This document shows, one piece after another, positions 17,901-32,816 of a stretch of 64,000 nt of DNA. A program made the position numbers and the translations under genes. The DNA comes from Eledone cirrhosa (Eukaryota): contig OZ024753.1 of the NCBI GenBank assembly GCA_964016885.1, forward strand, positions 25,916,001 through 25,980,000, given 5' to 3'. Position 1 is the first letter of the stretch, and every line of letters begins with the position of its first letter. Below the pieces are notes generated by a model, which saw only the letters and a list, made by a program, of their open reading frames with translations, did not search any database and was not told the DNA's origin.

Positions 17901-20900
17901 AACCTCATATAGAATGCACTAATTCTTTGTTAGAACCTCTTATAGAACCCTATAATTCTCAGTTAGAACGACATATAGAATGCTCTAACTCTCCGTTAGA
18001 ACAACAAATAGAATGCGCTTATTCTTCGTTAGAACATCACGTAGAATGCTCTAATTCTTCGTTAGAACGACATATAGAATGCTTTAACACTCCGTTAGAA
18101 CGACATATAGAATGAACTTATTCTTCGTTAGAACATCACGTAGAATGCTCTAATTCTTCGTTAAACCTCATATAGATTGCTCTAATTTTACGTTAGAACC
18201 TCATATAGAATGCTCTAATTCTTCATTAGAACGACATATAGAATGCTCTAATTCTTCGTTAGAACCTCATAGAAAATGTTCCAATTCTTCGTTAGAACCT
18301 CATAGAGAATGTTCTATTTCTTCATTAGAACCTCATATAGAATGCTCAAATTCTCCATTAGAACCTCATATAGAATGCTCTAATTCTCCGTTAGAACGAC
18401 ATATAGAATATTCTAATTCTCCGTTAGAACTTCATATACGATGATCTAATTCTTCGTTAGAACCTCATATAGAATGCCCTAACTCTTCGTTACAACCTCG
18501 TATAGAATGCCCTAATTCTTCGTTAGAACCTCATATAGAATGCTCTAATTCTTCGTTAGAACCTAATATAGAATGCTCTAATTCTTCGTTAGAACGACAT
18601 ATAAAATGCCCTAATTCTTCGTTAGAACGACATATAGAATGCCCTAATTCTTCGTTAAAACCTCATATAGAATGCCCTAATTCTTCGTTAGAAACTCATA
18701 TAGAATCCTCTAATTCTTCGTTAGAACCTCATATAGAATGCTCTAATTCTCCATTAGAACCTGATATAGAATGCAATAATTCTTCATTAGAACGACATAT
18801 AGGATGCTCTACGTCTTCGTTAGAACCTCATATAGAATGCTCTAATTATTTGTTAGAACGACATATAGAATCTTCTAATTCTTCGTTAGAACCTCATATA
18901 GAATGCTCTAATTCTCCATTAGAACCTCATATAGAATGAGCTAATTCTTCGTCAGAATGACATATAGAATGCACTAATTCTCCGTTAGAACCTCATATAG
19001 AATGCTCTTATTATTCATTAGAACCTTATATAGAATGCTCTAATTCTTCGTTAGAACCTCATATAAAATGCAATAATTCTTCGTTAGAACGACATATAGA
19101 ATGCTCTAATTCTTCGTTAGAACCTCATATAGAATGCTCTAATTCTTCGTTAGAACCTCATATAGAATATTCTAATTCTTCGTTAGAACATTATATAGAA
19201 TATTCTAATTCTTCGTTAGAACATTATATAGAATATTCTAATTCTTAGTTAGAACCTCATATAGAATGCGCTAATTCTTCGTTAGAACGACATATAGAAT
19301 GCTCTAATTCTACGATAGAACCTCATATAGAATGCTCTAATTCTTCGTTACAACCTCATATAGAATGCTCTAATTCTTCGTTACAACCTCATATAGAATG
19401 CTCTAATTCCTCATTAGAACGACATATACAATGTTCTAATTCTTCATTAGAACGACATATAGAACGCTCTAATTCTCCGTTAGAACCTCAGTTAGAATGC
19501 TCTAATTCTTCGTTAGAATGACCTATAGAATGCTCTTATTTTTCGTTAGTACGACCTATAGAATGCTCTAATTTTTCGTTAGAACCTCATATAGAATGCA
19601 CTAATTCTTTGTTAGAACCTCATATAGAATGCACTAATTCTTCGTTAGAACCTCATATAGAATGCACTAATTCTTTGTTAGAACCTCATATAGAACCCTC
19701 TAATTCTTCGTTAGAACGACATATAGAATGCTCTAACTCTCCGTTAGAACGACATATAGAATGATCTTATTCTTCGTTAGAACATCACGTAGAATGCTCT
19801 AATTCTTCGTTAAACCTCATATAGATTGCTCTAATTTTACGTTAGAACCTCATATAGAATGCTCTAATTCTTCATTAGAACGACATATAGAATGCTCTAA
19901 TTCTTCGTTAGAACCTCATAGAGAATGTTCCAATTCTTCGTTAGAACCTCATAGAGAATGTTCTATTTCTTCATTAGAACCTCATATAGAATGCTCAAAT
20001 TCTCCATTAGAACCTCATATAGAATGCTCTAATTCTCCGTTAGAACGACATATAGAATATTCTAATTCTCCGTTAGAACTTCATATACGATGATCTAATT
20101 CTCCGTTAGAACCTCATATAGAATGCTCTAATTCTACGATAGAACCTCATATAGAATGCTCTAATTGTTCGTTACAACCACATATAGAATGCTCTAATTC
20201 TTCGTTAGAACGACATAGAGAATGCTCTAATTCTTCGTTACAACCTCATATAGAATGCTCTAATTCTTTGTTAGAACGACATATAGAATCCTCTAATTCT
20301 TCGTTAGAACCTCATATAGAATGAGCTAATTCTTCGTCAGAACGACATATAGAATGCTCTAATTCTCCGTTAGAACCTCATATAGAATGCTCTTATTATT
20401 CAATAGAACCTAATATAGAATGCTCTAATTCTTCGTTGGAACCTCATATAGAATGTTTTAATTCTTCGTTAGAACCTCATATAGGATGCTCTAATTCTCC
20501 GTTAGAACCTCATATAGAATGCTCTAATTCTTCGTTGGAACCTCATATAGAATGCTCTAATTCTTCCTTAGAACCTCATATAGAATGCTCTAATTCTTCC
20601 TTAGAACCTCATATAGAATGCTCTAATTCTTGCTTAGAACCTCATATAGAATGCTCTAATTCTCCGTTACAACCTCATATAGACGCAATAATTCTTCGCT
20701 AGAACGACATATAGAATGCTCTAATTCTTTGTTAGAACCTCATATAGAATGCTCTAATTCTTCGTTAGAACCTCATATAGAATATTCTAATTCTTCGTTA
20801 GAACCTCATATAGAATGCGCTAATTCTTCGTTAGAACGACATATAGAATGCTCTAATTCTGCGATAGAACCTCATATAGAATGCTCTAATTGTTCGTTAC

Positions 20901-23900
20901 AACCTCATATAGAATGCTCTAATTCTTCGTTACAACCTCATATAGAATGCTCTAATTCTTCATTAGAACGACATATACAATATTCTAATTCTTCGTTAGA
21001 ACGACATATAGAATGCTCTAATTCTCAGTTAGAACCTCATTTAGAATGCTCTAATTCTTCGTTAGAACGACCTATAGGATGCTCTTATTTTTCGTTAGTA
21101 CGACCTATAGAATGCTCTAATTTTTCGTTAGAACCTCATATAGAATGCACTAATTCTTTGTTAGAACCTCATATAGAATGCACTAATTCTTCGTTAGAAC
21201 CTCATATAGAATGCACTAATTCTTTGTTAGAACCTCATATAGAACCCTCTAATTCTTCGTTAGAACGACATATAGAATGCTCTAACTCTCCGTTAGAACG
21301 ACATATAGAATGCGCTTATTCTTCGTTAGAACATCACGTAGAATGCTCTAATTCTTCGTTAGAACGACATATAGAATGCTCTAATTCTTCGTTAGGACCT
21401 CATATAGGATGCTCTAATTCTTCATTAGAACGACATATAGAATGCTCTAATTCTTCGTTAGAACGACATATAGAATGCTCTAATTCTTCGTTAGATCGAC
21501 ACATAGAATGCTCTAATTCTTCCTTAGGACCTCATATAGAATGCTCTAATTCTTCGTTAAAACCTCATATAGATTGCTCTAATTCTTCGTTACAACCTCA
21601 TATAGAATGCTCTAATTCTTCATTAGAATGACATATAGAATGCTCTAATTCTTCGTTAGAACCTCATAGAGAATGTTCTATTTCTTCAGTAGAACCTCAT
21701 ATAGAATGCTCAAATTCTCCATTAGAACCTCATATAGAATGCTCTAATTCTCCGGTAGAACTTCATATACAATGATCTAATTCTTCGTTAGAACCTCATA
21801 TAGAATGCCCTAACTCTTCGTTACAACCTCGTATAGAATGCTCTAATTCTTCGTTAAAACCTCATATACAATGCTCTAATTCTTCGTTAGAACGAGATAT
21901 AGAATGCTCTAATTCTTCGTTAGAACGAGATATAGAATGCTCTAATTCTCCGTTAGAACCACATATAGAATGCTGTAACTCTTCGTTAGATTCTCATAGA
22001 ATGCTCTAATTCTTCGTTAGAACGACATATAGAATGTTCTAATTCTTCGTTAGAAACTCATATAGAATGCTCTAATTCTCCGTTAGAACCTCATATAGAA
22101 TGCTCTAATTGTCCGTTAGAACCTCATATAGAATGCTCTAATTCTCCGTTAGAACCTCATATAGAACCAATAATTCTTCGTTAGAACGACATATAGACGA
22201 CTCTAATTCTTCGTTAGTACCTCATATAGAATGCTCTAATTCTCCGTTAGAACCTCATATAGAATGCTCTAATTCTCCGTTAGAACCTCATATAGACCCA
22301 ATAATTCTTCGTTAGAACGACATATAGACGACTCTAATTCTTCGTTGGAACCTCATATAGCATGCTCTAATTCTCCGTTAGAACCTCATATAAAATGCAA
22401 TAATTCTTCGTTAGAACGACATATAGAATGCCCTAATTCTTCGTTAGAACCTCATATAGAATGCCCTAATTCTTCGTTAGAACCTCATATAGAATATTCT
22501 AATTCTTCGTTAGAACCTCATATAGAATGCTCTAATTCTACGATAGAACCTCATATAGAATGCTCTAATTGTACGTTACAACCTCATATAGAATGCACTA
22601 ATTCTTTGTTAGAACCTCTTATAGAACCCTATAATTCTCAGTTAGAACGACATATAGAATGCTCTAACTCTCCGTTAGAACAACAAATAGAATGCGCTTA
22701 TTCTTCGTTAGAACATCACGTAGAATGCTCTAATTCTTCGTTAGAACGACATATAGAATGCTTTAACACTCCGTTAGAACGACATATAGAATGAACTTAT
22801 TCTTCGTTAGAACATCACGTAGAATGCTCTAATTCTTCGTTAAACCTCATATAGATTGCTCTAATTTTACGTTAGAACCTCATATAGAATACTCTAATTC
22901 TTCATTAGAACGACATATAGAATGCTCTAATTCTTCGTTAGAACCTCATAGAAAATGTTCCAATTCTTCGTTAGAACCTCATAGAGAATGTTCTATTTCT
23001 TCATTAGAACCTCATATAGAATGCTCAAATTCTCCATTAGAACCTCATATAGAATGCTCTAATTCTCCGTTAGAACGACATATAGAATATTCTAATTCTC
23101 CGTTAGAACTTCATATACGATGATCTAATTCTTCGTTAGAACCTCATATAGAATACCCTAACTCTTCGTTACAACCTCGTATAGAATGCCCTAATTCTTC
23201 GTTAGAACCTCATATAGAATGCTCTAATTCTTCGTTAGAACCTAATATAGAATGCTCTAATTCTTCGTTAGAACGACATATAAAATGCCCTAATTCTTCG
23301 TTAGAACGACATATAGAATGCCCTAATTCTTCGTTAAAACCTCATATAGAATGCTCTAATTCTTCGTTAGAACCTCATATAGAATATTCTAATTCTTCGT
23401 TAGAACATTATATAGAATATTCTAATTCTTCGTTAGAACATTATATAGAATATTCTAATTCTTCGTTAGAACCTCATATAGAATGCGCTAATTCTTCGTT
23501 AGAACGACATATAGAATGCTCTAATTCTACGATAGAACCTCATATAGAATGCTCTAATTCTTCGTTACAACCTCATATAGAATGCTCTAATTCTTCGTTA
23601 CAACCTCATATAGAATGCTCTAATTCCTCATTAGAACGACATATACAATGTTCTAATTCTTCATTAGAACGACATATAGAACGCTCTAATTCTCCGTTAG
23701 AACCTCATTTAGAATGCTCTAATTCTTCGTTAGAACGACCTATAGAATGCTCTTATTTTTCGTTAGTACGACCTATAGAATGCTCTAGTTTTTCGTTAGA
23801 ACCTCATATAGAATGCACTAATTCTTTGTTAGAACCTCATATAGAATGCACTAATTCTTCGTTAGAACCTCATATAGAATGCACTAATTCTTTGTTAGAA

Positions 23901-26900
23901 CCTCATATAGAACCCTCTAATTCTTCGTTAGAACGACATATAGAATGCTCTAACTCTCCGTTAGAACGACATATAGAATGCGCTTATTCTTCGTTAGAAC
24001 ATCACGTAGAATGCTCTAATTCTTCGTTAGAACGACATATAGAATGCTCTAATTCTTCGTTAGATCGACACATAGAATGCTCTAATTCTTCCTTAGAACC
24101 TCATATAGAATGCTCTAATTCTTCGTTACAACCTCATATAGAATGCTCTAATTCTTCGTTAGAACCTCATATAGATTGCTCTAATTCTTCGTTAGAACCT
24201 CATATAGAATGCTCTAATTCTTCATTAGAACGACATATAGAATGCTCTAATTCTTCGTTAGAACCTCATAGAGAATGTTCTAATTCTTAGTTAGAACCTC
24301 ATAGAGAATGTTCTATTTCTTCATTAGAACCTCATATAGAATGCTCAAATTCTCCATTAGAACCTCATATAGAATGCTCTAATTCTCCGTTAGAACTTCA
24401 TATACAATGATCTAATTCTTCGTTAGAACCTCATATAGAATGCCCTAACTCTTCGTTACAACCTCGTATAGAATGCCCTAATTCTTCATTAGAACATCAT
24501 ATAGAATGCTTTAATTCTTCGTTAGAACCTAATATAGAATGCTCTAATTCTTCGTTAGAACGACATATAGAATGCCCTAATTCTTCGTTAGAACCTCTTA
24601 TACAATGCTCTAATTCTTCGTTAGAACCTCATATAGAAAGATCTTATTCTTCGTTAGAACTTCATATACAATGCTCTAATTCTTCGATAGAACGACATAT
24701 AGAATGCTCTAATTCTTCGTTACAACCTCGTATAGAATGCCCTAATTCTTCGTTAGAACATCATATAGAATACTCTCATTCTTCGTTAGAACCTCATATA
24801 GAAAGCTCTAATTCTTCGTTAGAACGACATATAGAATGCCCTAATTCTTCGTTAGATCCTCATATAGAATGCCCTAATTCTTCGTTAGAACCTCATATAC
24901 AATGCTCTAATTCTTCGTTAGAACGAGATATAGAATACTCTAATTCTTCGTTAGAACGAGATATAGAATGCTCTAATTCTTCGTAAGAACCTCATATAGA
25001 ATGCCCTAATTCTCCGTTAGAACGACATATAGAATGTTCTAATTCTCCGTTAGAACCTCATATATAATGCTCTAATTGTTCGTAAGAACCTCATATAGAA
25101 TGCTCTAATTCTCCGTTAGAACGACATATAGAATGTTCTAATTCTCCGTTAGAACCTCATATATAATGCTCTAATTGTTCGTAAGAATCTCATATAGAAT
25201 GCTCTAATTCTTCGTTAGAACCTCATATAGAATCCTCTAATTCTCAGTTAGAACGACATATAGAATGCTATAATTCTCCGTTAGAAACTCCTATAGAATG
25301 CTCTAATTTTTCGTTAGAACGACATATAAAATGCTTTAATTCTTCGTTAGATCGACATATAGAATGCACTAATTCTTCTTTAGAACGACATATAAAATCC
25401 TCTAATTCTCCGTTAGAACCTCATATAGACCCAATAATTCTTCGTTAGAACGACATATAGACGGCTCTAATTCTTCGTTAGAACCTCATATAAAATGCAA
25501 TAATTCTTCGTTAGAACGACATATAGAATGCGCTAATTCTTCATTAGAACGACATATAGAATGCTCTAATTCTACGATAGAACCTCATATAGAATGCTCT
25601 AATTCTTCGTTACAACCTCATACAGAATGCTCTAATTTCTCATTAGAACGACATATACAATGTTCTAATTCTTCGTTAGAACGACATATAGAATGCTCTA
25701 ATTCTCCGTTAGAACCTCATTTAGAATTCTCTAATTCTTCGTTAGAACGACCTATATAATGCTCTTATTTTTCGTTAGTACGACCTATAGAATGCACTAA
25801 TTCTTTGTTAGAACCTCATATAGAATGCACTAATTCTTCGTTAGAACCTCATATAGAATGCACTAATTCTTTGTTAGAACCTCATATAGAACCCTCTAAT
25901 TCTTCGTTAGAACATCACGTTGAATGCTCTAATTCTCCGTTAGAACGACATATAGAATGTTCTAATTCTCCGTTAGAACCTCATATAGAATGCTCTATTT
26001 GTTCGTAAGAACATCATATAGAATGCTCTGATTCTCCGTTAGAAACTCATATAGAATGCGCTAATTCTTCTTTAGAACGACATATAAAATCCTTTAATTC
26101 TCAGTTAGAACGACATATAGAATGCTATAATTCTTCGTTAGAACCTCATATAAAATGCTTTAATTCTTCGTTAGATCGACATATAGTATGCGCTAATTCT
26201 TCGTTAGAACGACATATAGAATGCTCTAATTCTTCGATAGAACCTCACATAGAATGCTCTAATTCTTCGTTACAACCTCATATAGATTGCTCTAATTCTT
26301 CGTTAGAACCTCATATAGAAAGCTCTAATTCTTCGTTAGAACGACATACAGAATGGCCTAATTCTTCGTTAGAACGACATATAAAATCCTTTAATTCTCA
26401 GTTAGAACGACATATAGAATGCCCTAATTCTTCGTCATAACTTCATATAAAATGCTCTAATTCTTCGTTAGAACGAGATATAGAATGCTCTAATTCTTCG
26501 TTAGAACCTCATATAGAATGCTATAATTCTTCGTTACAACCTCGTATAGAATGCCCTAATTCTTCGTTAGAACATCATATAGAATGCTCTCATTCTTCGT
26601 TAGAACCTCATATAGAAAGCTCTAATTCTTCGTTAGAACGACATATAGAATGCCCTAATTCTTCGTTAGAACGACATATAGAATGCCCTAATTCTTCGTT
26701 AGCACGACATATAGAATGCCCTAATTCTTCGTTAGAACCTCATATACAATGCTCTAATTCTTCGTTAGAAGATCATATAGAATGCTCTAATTCTCCGTTA
26801 GAACCTCATATAGAATGCTCTAATTCTCCATTAGAACCTCATATAGAATGCAATAATTCTTCATTAGAACGACATATAGGATGCTCCACGTCATCGTTAG

Positions 26901-29900
26901 AACCTCATATAGCATGCTCTAATTCTTGGTTAGAACGACATATAGAATGCTCTAATTCTTTGTTAGAACCTCATATAGAATGCTCTAATTCTCCGTTAGA
27001 ACCACATATAGAATGCTGTAAGTCTTCGTTAAAATCTCATAGAATGCTCTAATTCTTTGTTAGAACGACATATAGAATGCTCTAATTCTTCGTTAGAACC
27101 TCATATAGAATGCTCTTATTATTCATTAGAACCTCATATAGAATGCTCGAATTCTTCGTTACAACCTCATATAGAATGCTCGAATTCTTCGTTACAACCT
27201 CATATAGAATGCTCTAATTCTTCGTTAGAACGACATATACAATGCTCTAATTCTTCGTTAGAACGACCGATAGAATGCTCTTATTTTTCGTTAGTACGAC
27301 CTATAGAATGCTCTAATTCTTCGTTAGAACCTCATATAGATTGCTCTAATTCTTCGTTAGAATCTCATATAGAATGCTCTAATTCTTCATTAGAACGACA
27401 TATAGAATGCTCTAATTCTTCGTTAGAACCTCATAGAGAATGTTCTAATTCTTAGTTAGAACCTCATAGACAATGTTCTATTTCTTCATTAGAACCTCAT
27501 ATAGAATGCTCAAATTCTCCATTAGAACCTCATATAGAATGCTCTAATTCTCCGTTAGAACGACATATAGAATATTCTAATTCTCCGTTAGAACCTCATA
27601 TACAATGATCTAATTCTTCGTTAGAACCTCATATAGAATGCCCTAACTCTTCGTTACAACCTCGTATAGAATGCCCTAATTCTTCATTAGAACATCATAT
27701 AGAATGCTCTAATTCTTCGTTAGAACCTAATATAGAATGCTCTAATTCTTCGTTAGAACGACATATAGAATGCCCTAATTCTTCGTTAGAACCTCTTATA
27801 CAATGCTCTAATTCTTCGTTAGAACCTCATATAGAAAGATCTTATTCTTCGTTAGAACTTCATATACAATGCTCTAATTCTTCGATAGAACGACATATAG
27901 AATGCTCTAATTCTTCGTTACAACCTCGTATAGAATGCCCTAATTCTTCGTTAGAACATCATATAGAATACTCTCATTCTTCGTTAGAACCTCATATAGA
28001 AAGCTCTAATTCTTCGTTAGAACGACATATAGAATGCCCTAATTCTTCGTTAGATCCTCATATAGAATGCCCTAATTCTTCGTTAGAACCTAATATACAA
28101 TGCTCTAATTCTTCGTTAGAACGAGATATAGAATGCTCTAATTCTTCGTTAGAACGAGATATAGAATGCTCTAATTGTTCGTAAGAACCTCATATAGAAT
28201 GCTCTAATTCTCCGTTAGAACGACATATAGAATGTTCTAATTCTCCGTTAGAACCTCATATATAATGCTCTAATTGTTCGTAAGAATCTCATATAGAATG
28301 CTCTAATTCTTCGTTAGAACCTCATATAGAATCCTCTAATTCTCAGTTAGAACGACATATAGAATGCTATAATTCTCCGTTAGAAACTCATATAGAATGC
28401 TCTAATTTTTCGTTAGAACGACATATAAAATGCTTTAATTCTTCGTTAGATCGACATATAGAATGCACTAATTCTTCTTTAGAACGACATATAAAATCCT
28501 CTAATTCTCCGTTAGAACCTCATATAGACCCAATAATTCTTCGTTAGAACGACATATAGACGGCTCTAATTCTTCGTTAGAACCTCATATAAAATGCAAT
28601 AATTCTTCGTTAGAACGACATATAGAATGCGCTAATTCTTCATTAGAACGACATATAGAATGCTCTAATTCTACGATAGAACCTCATATAGAATGCTCTA
28701 ATTCTTCGTTACAACCTCATACAGAATGCTCTAATTTCTCATTAGAACGACATATACAATGTTCTAATTCTTCGTTAGAACGACATATAGAATGCTCTAA
28801 TTCTCCGTTAGAACCTCATTTAGAATTCTCTAATTCTTCGTTAGAACGACCTATAGAATGCTCTTATTTTTCGTTAGTACGACCTATAGAATGCACTAAT
28901 TCTTTGTTAGAACCTCATATAGAATGCACTAATTCTTCGTTAGAACCTCATATAGAATGCACTAATTCTTTGTTAGAACCTCATATAGAACCCTCTAATT
29001 CTTCGTTAGAACGACATATAGAATGCTCTAACTCGCCGTTAGAACGACATATAGAATGCACTTATTCTTCGTTAGAACATCACGTAGAATGCTCTAATTC
29101 TCCGTTAGAACGACATATAGAATGTTCTAATTCTCCGTTAGAACCTCATATAGAATGCTCTATTTGTTCGTAAGAACATCATATAGAATGCTCTGATTCT
29201 CCGTTAGAAACTCATATAGAATGCGCTAATTCTTCTTTAGAACGACATATAAAATCCTTTAATTCTCAGTTAGAACGACATATAGAATGCTATAATTCTT
29301 CGTTAGAACCTCATATAAAATGCTTTAATTCTTCGTTAGATCGACATATAGTATGCGCTAATTCTTCGTTAGAACGACATATAGAATGCTCTAATTCTTC
29401 GATAGAACCTCACATAGAATGCTCTAATTCTTCGTTACAAACTCATATAGAATGCTTTAATTCTTCGTTAGAACCTCATATAGATTGCTCTAATTCTTCG
29501 TTAGAACCTCATATAGAAAGCTCTAATTCTTCGTTAGAACGACATACAGAATGCCCTAATTCTTCGTTAGAACCTCATATAGAATGGCCTAATTCTTCGT
29601 TAGAACGACATATAGAATGCCCTAATTCTTCGTCATAACCTCATATAAAATGCTCTAATTCTTCGTTAGAACGAGATATAGAATGCTCTAATTCTTCGTT
29701 AGAACGAGATATAGAATGCTCTAATTCTCCGTTAGAACCTCATATAGAATGCTATAATTCTTCGTTACAACCTCGTATAGAAAGCTCTAATTCTCCGTTA
29801 GAACATCATATAGAATGCTCTCATTCTTCGTTAGAACCTCATATAGAAAGCTCTAATTCTTCGTTAGAACGACATATAGAATGCCGTAATTCTTCGTTAG

Positions 29901-31210
29901 CACGACATATAGAATGCCCTAATTCTTCGTTAGAACCTCATATACAATGCTCTAATTCTTCGTTAGAACATCATATAGAATGCTCTAATTCTCCGTTAGA
30001 ACCTCATATAGAATGCTCTAATTCTCCATTAGAACCTCATATAGAATGCAATAATTCTTCATTAGAACGACATATAGGATGCTCTACGTCATCGTTAGAA
30101 CCTCATATAGCATGCTCTAATTCTTGGTTAGAACGACATATATAATGCTCTAATTCTTTGTTAGAACCTCATATAGAATGCTCTAATTCTCCGTTAGAAC
30201 CACATATAGAATGCTGTAAGTCTTCGTTAAAATCTCATAGAATGCTCTAATTCTTTGTTAGAACGACATATAGAATGCTCTAATTCTTCGTTAGAACCTC
30301 ATATAGAATGCTCTTATTATTCATTAGAACCTCATATAGAATGCTCGAATTCTTCGTTACAACCTCATATAGAATGCTCGAATTCTTCGTTACAACCTCA
30401 TATAGAATGCTCTAATTCTTCGTTAGAACGACATATACAATGCTCTAATTCTTCGTTAGAACGACCGATAGAATGCTCTTATTTTTCGTTAGTACGACCT
30501 ATAGAATGCTCTAATTTTTCGTTAGAACCTCATATAGAATGCACTAATTCTTTGTTAGAACCTCATATAGAATGCACTAATTCTTCGTTAGAACCTCATA
30601 TAGAATGCACTAATTCTTTGTTAGAACCTCATATAGAACCCTCTAATTCTTCGTTAGAACGACATATAGAATGCTCTAATTCTTCGTTAGAACCTCATAT
30701 AGAATGCTCTTATTATTCATTAGAACCTCATATAGAATGCTCGAATTCTTCGTTACAACCTCATATAGAATGCTCGAATTCTTCGTTACAACCTCATATA
30801 GAATGCTCTAATTCTTCGTTAGAACGACATATACAATGCTCTAATTCTTCGTTAGAACGACCGATAGAATGCTCTTATTTTTCGTTAGTACGACCTATAG
30901 AATGCTCTAATTTTTCGTTAGAACCTCATATAGAATGCACTAATTCTTTGTTAGAACCTCATATAGAATGCACTAATTCTTCGTTAGAACCTCATATAGA
31001 ATGCACTAATTCTTTGTTAGAACCTCATATAGAACCCTCTAATTCTTCGTTAGAACGACATATAGAATGCTCTAACTCTCCGTTAGAACGACATATAGAA
31101 TGCGCTTATTCTTCGTTAGAACCTCACGTAAAATGCTCTAATTCTTCGTTAGAACGACACATAGAATGCTCTAATTCTTCCTTAGAACCTCATATAGAAT
31201 GCTCTAATTC
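14933..31210. repeat. 33-bp satellite array (~490 monomers, consensus TCGTTAGAACCTCATATAGAATGCTCTAATTCT) with higher-order duplications
   Basis: Directly visible. Near-identical variant strings recur at offsets 4582 (15854/20436, 16147/20729), 3099 (25805/28904), 3198 (27057/30255) and 396 bp. Confidence 0.98.
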
Positions 31211-31486
31211 CTTCACCTTGTCCAGGTCGATAAAGTACCATTCTGCGTTTGAGGGTGAAATATTACTCTATCTCTCCCCCTCTATATCTATCGCCCTCAA
31301 TATCTATCTATCTCTCCCCCTCAATATCTATCTCTCCCCCTCTCTGAAATAACAGTCTACGTTCAAACCTAGAGAGGGATGCGCTCCACCAAGTTCAAAA
31401 TGCCGAAGACACGCTGAATTGCCTTCCGAATTTATCAAGAGCTACCGGACCTTAGATAGAGGGTGCATCAGCAACAAGAAAACTTA

Positions 31487-31678
31487 CGAGAGCCGGCTTA
31501 TAAGTTCATAGGCTGGCTATGAATGAGTGGTGCTTGAGCTGTGAAATCTTGCAGAAATAATTTTCAATTGTTGATAACTACATTGTTTCTTTCCAGGAAC
31601 TATGTTGAAAAATATACCTCATTTGGTCATTCCATGAGAGTATCCTGGTCAGTCTATGAACTTTTCAGCCGACACTTG
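31487..31678. mobile_element. Mariner/Tc1-type MITE
   Basis: TA|cgagagccggcttataagttcataggctgg … tcagtctatgaacttttcagccgacacttg. The TIRs are ~28 bp and degenerate. A homologous copy lies at 61572-61757. Confidence 0.75.
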
Positions 31679-32258
31679 CACTAATGAACGCAGTTCCTTT
31701 GTTTGATCTGGCGATCGGTTTCTTATTTCTATTTTGATGTATAAAATTTATATATTTTAGTTTACGTTCTATAATGAGATAGACAACAGAGTTTCCTGAA
31801 AATGTAGGAGTTAGAATTGTTAATGAGTTTTCATATAATTTATATTTGTGACTAGAACAGATAGAAATTTCAATGGATGTAGGAAGAGTGAGGCCCATGA
31901 AAATTTCACCTTTAATAAATAATCGCCGCATTGATTATGTTAATTACTTTTTATGATAATGAATTAAACAAAGTATTGCGGTTATTGGAAAATGAAGATT
32001 TAAAACAGAAATAAATTTAAGTAAAAATAGTTGAGGACTACATTAATAGAATAATCTGTTCCTAGGTTACTTTGGTGTGTTTACCCTCTGACTACCAGAC
32101 AATAACCCTGGCTACTGTCTGACTACCACAATTACAATGGACGCCGTCTTCTGTCATCGACTCACAGAAGAAATGACGAAGGCATGGAAAAGCGATTGTC
32201 AACATGATTATGTAACGTCAATGTTATTTCCTTTAAAAAGATAACCAAATATATCTAG

Positions 32259-32347
32259 TAAAGGCAAAGTTGACCTTCGTGGGACTTGAACTCAATGAGT
32301 AGAGAGCTGAAACAAATCATTCTATCCGACGTTCTGACTGCCAATTA
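32259..32347 (-). mobile_element. Degenerate SINE family A fragment
   Basis: aaaggcaaagttgacc…ttgaactca…ctgccaatt. Confidence 0.6.
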
Positions 32348-32816
32348 GCGGCCCTATGTCATTTGAATATAGCCTTTATGTTCTGAGTTTAAACTTGACC
32401 AGAATTTCACCAAAATGAATTAGAAAGACGTCCACACATTTAACACTGTAGGTTGATACACTGGACAACGCACAAGGCAAGAAATCGATAGTGCTGCTCA
32501 TTCATTTATCGATAGCACTGAAATTCGATATAAGGAAATATTTCGTTATTTTTGGCACTAGAGCATAAAGAGATAATTATTAATATAATGAGAATATTTT
32601 ATGGGTTTCTGCCAATTCCTGAAATTAATATACGGGGAATTTAATGAGAATCGAATAGTTTAAAAAATAAAATTTTCGGAAATATTTTATAAATATATTA
32701 AAAAGACAAAATCTAGGAATCCAATTATGTAAGCCATAAACAATGAGGGAAACATGGCTGATAAATTGTGAGGTTGTTACCAATAAATAATCATTTGACT
32801 AATTGACACAGACTAA

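Noticed and set aside
14933-31210. CRISPR array (33-bp repeats)
   Set aside because: Monomers are contiguous with no unique spacers, there are no cas genes, and the context is eukaryotic.
14933-31352. LEPHIECSNSS repeat protein gene
   Set aside because: Frequent in-frame stops and 1-2-bp frameshifts, TTG pseudo-starts, and no visible preference for synonymous changes. The open frame follows from the 33-bp period.
31356-31485. Possible host exon after a pyrimidine tract and AG
   Set aside because: Short open frame with no recognisable homology and no clear donor site; unsupported without RNA data.
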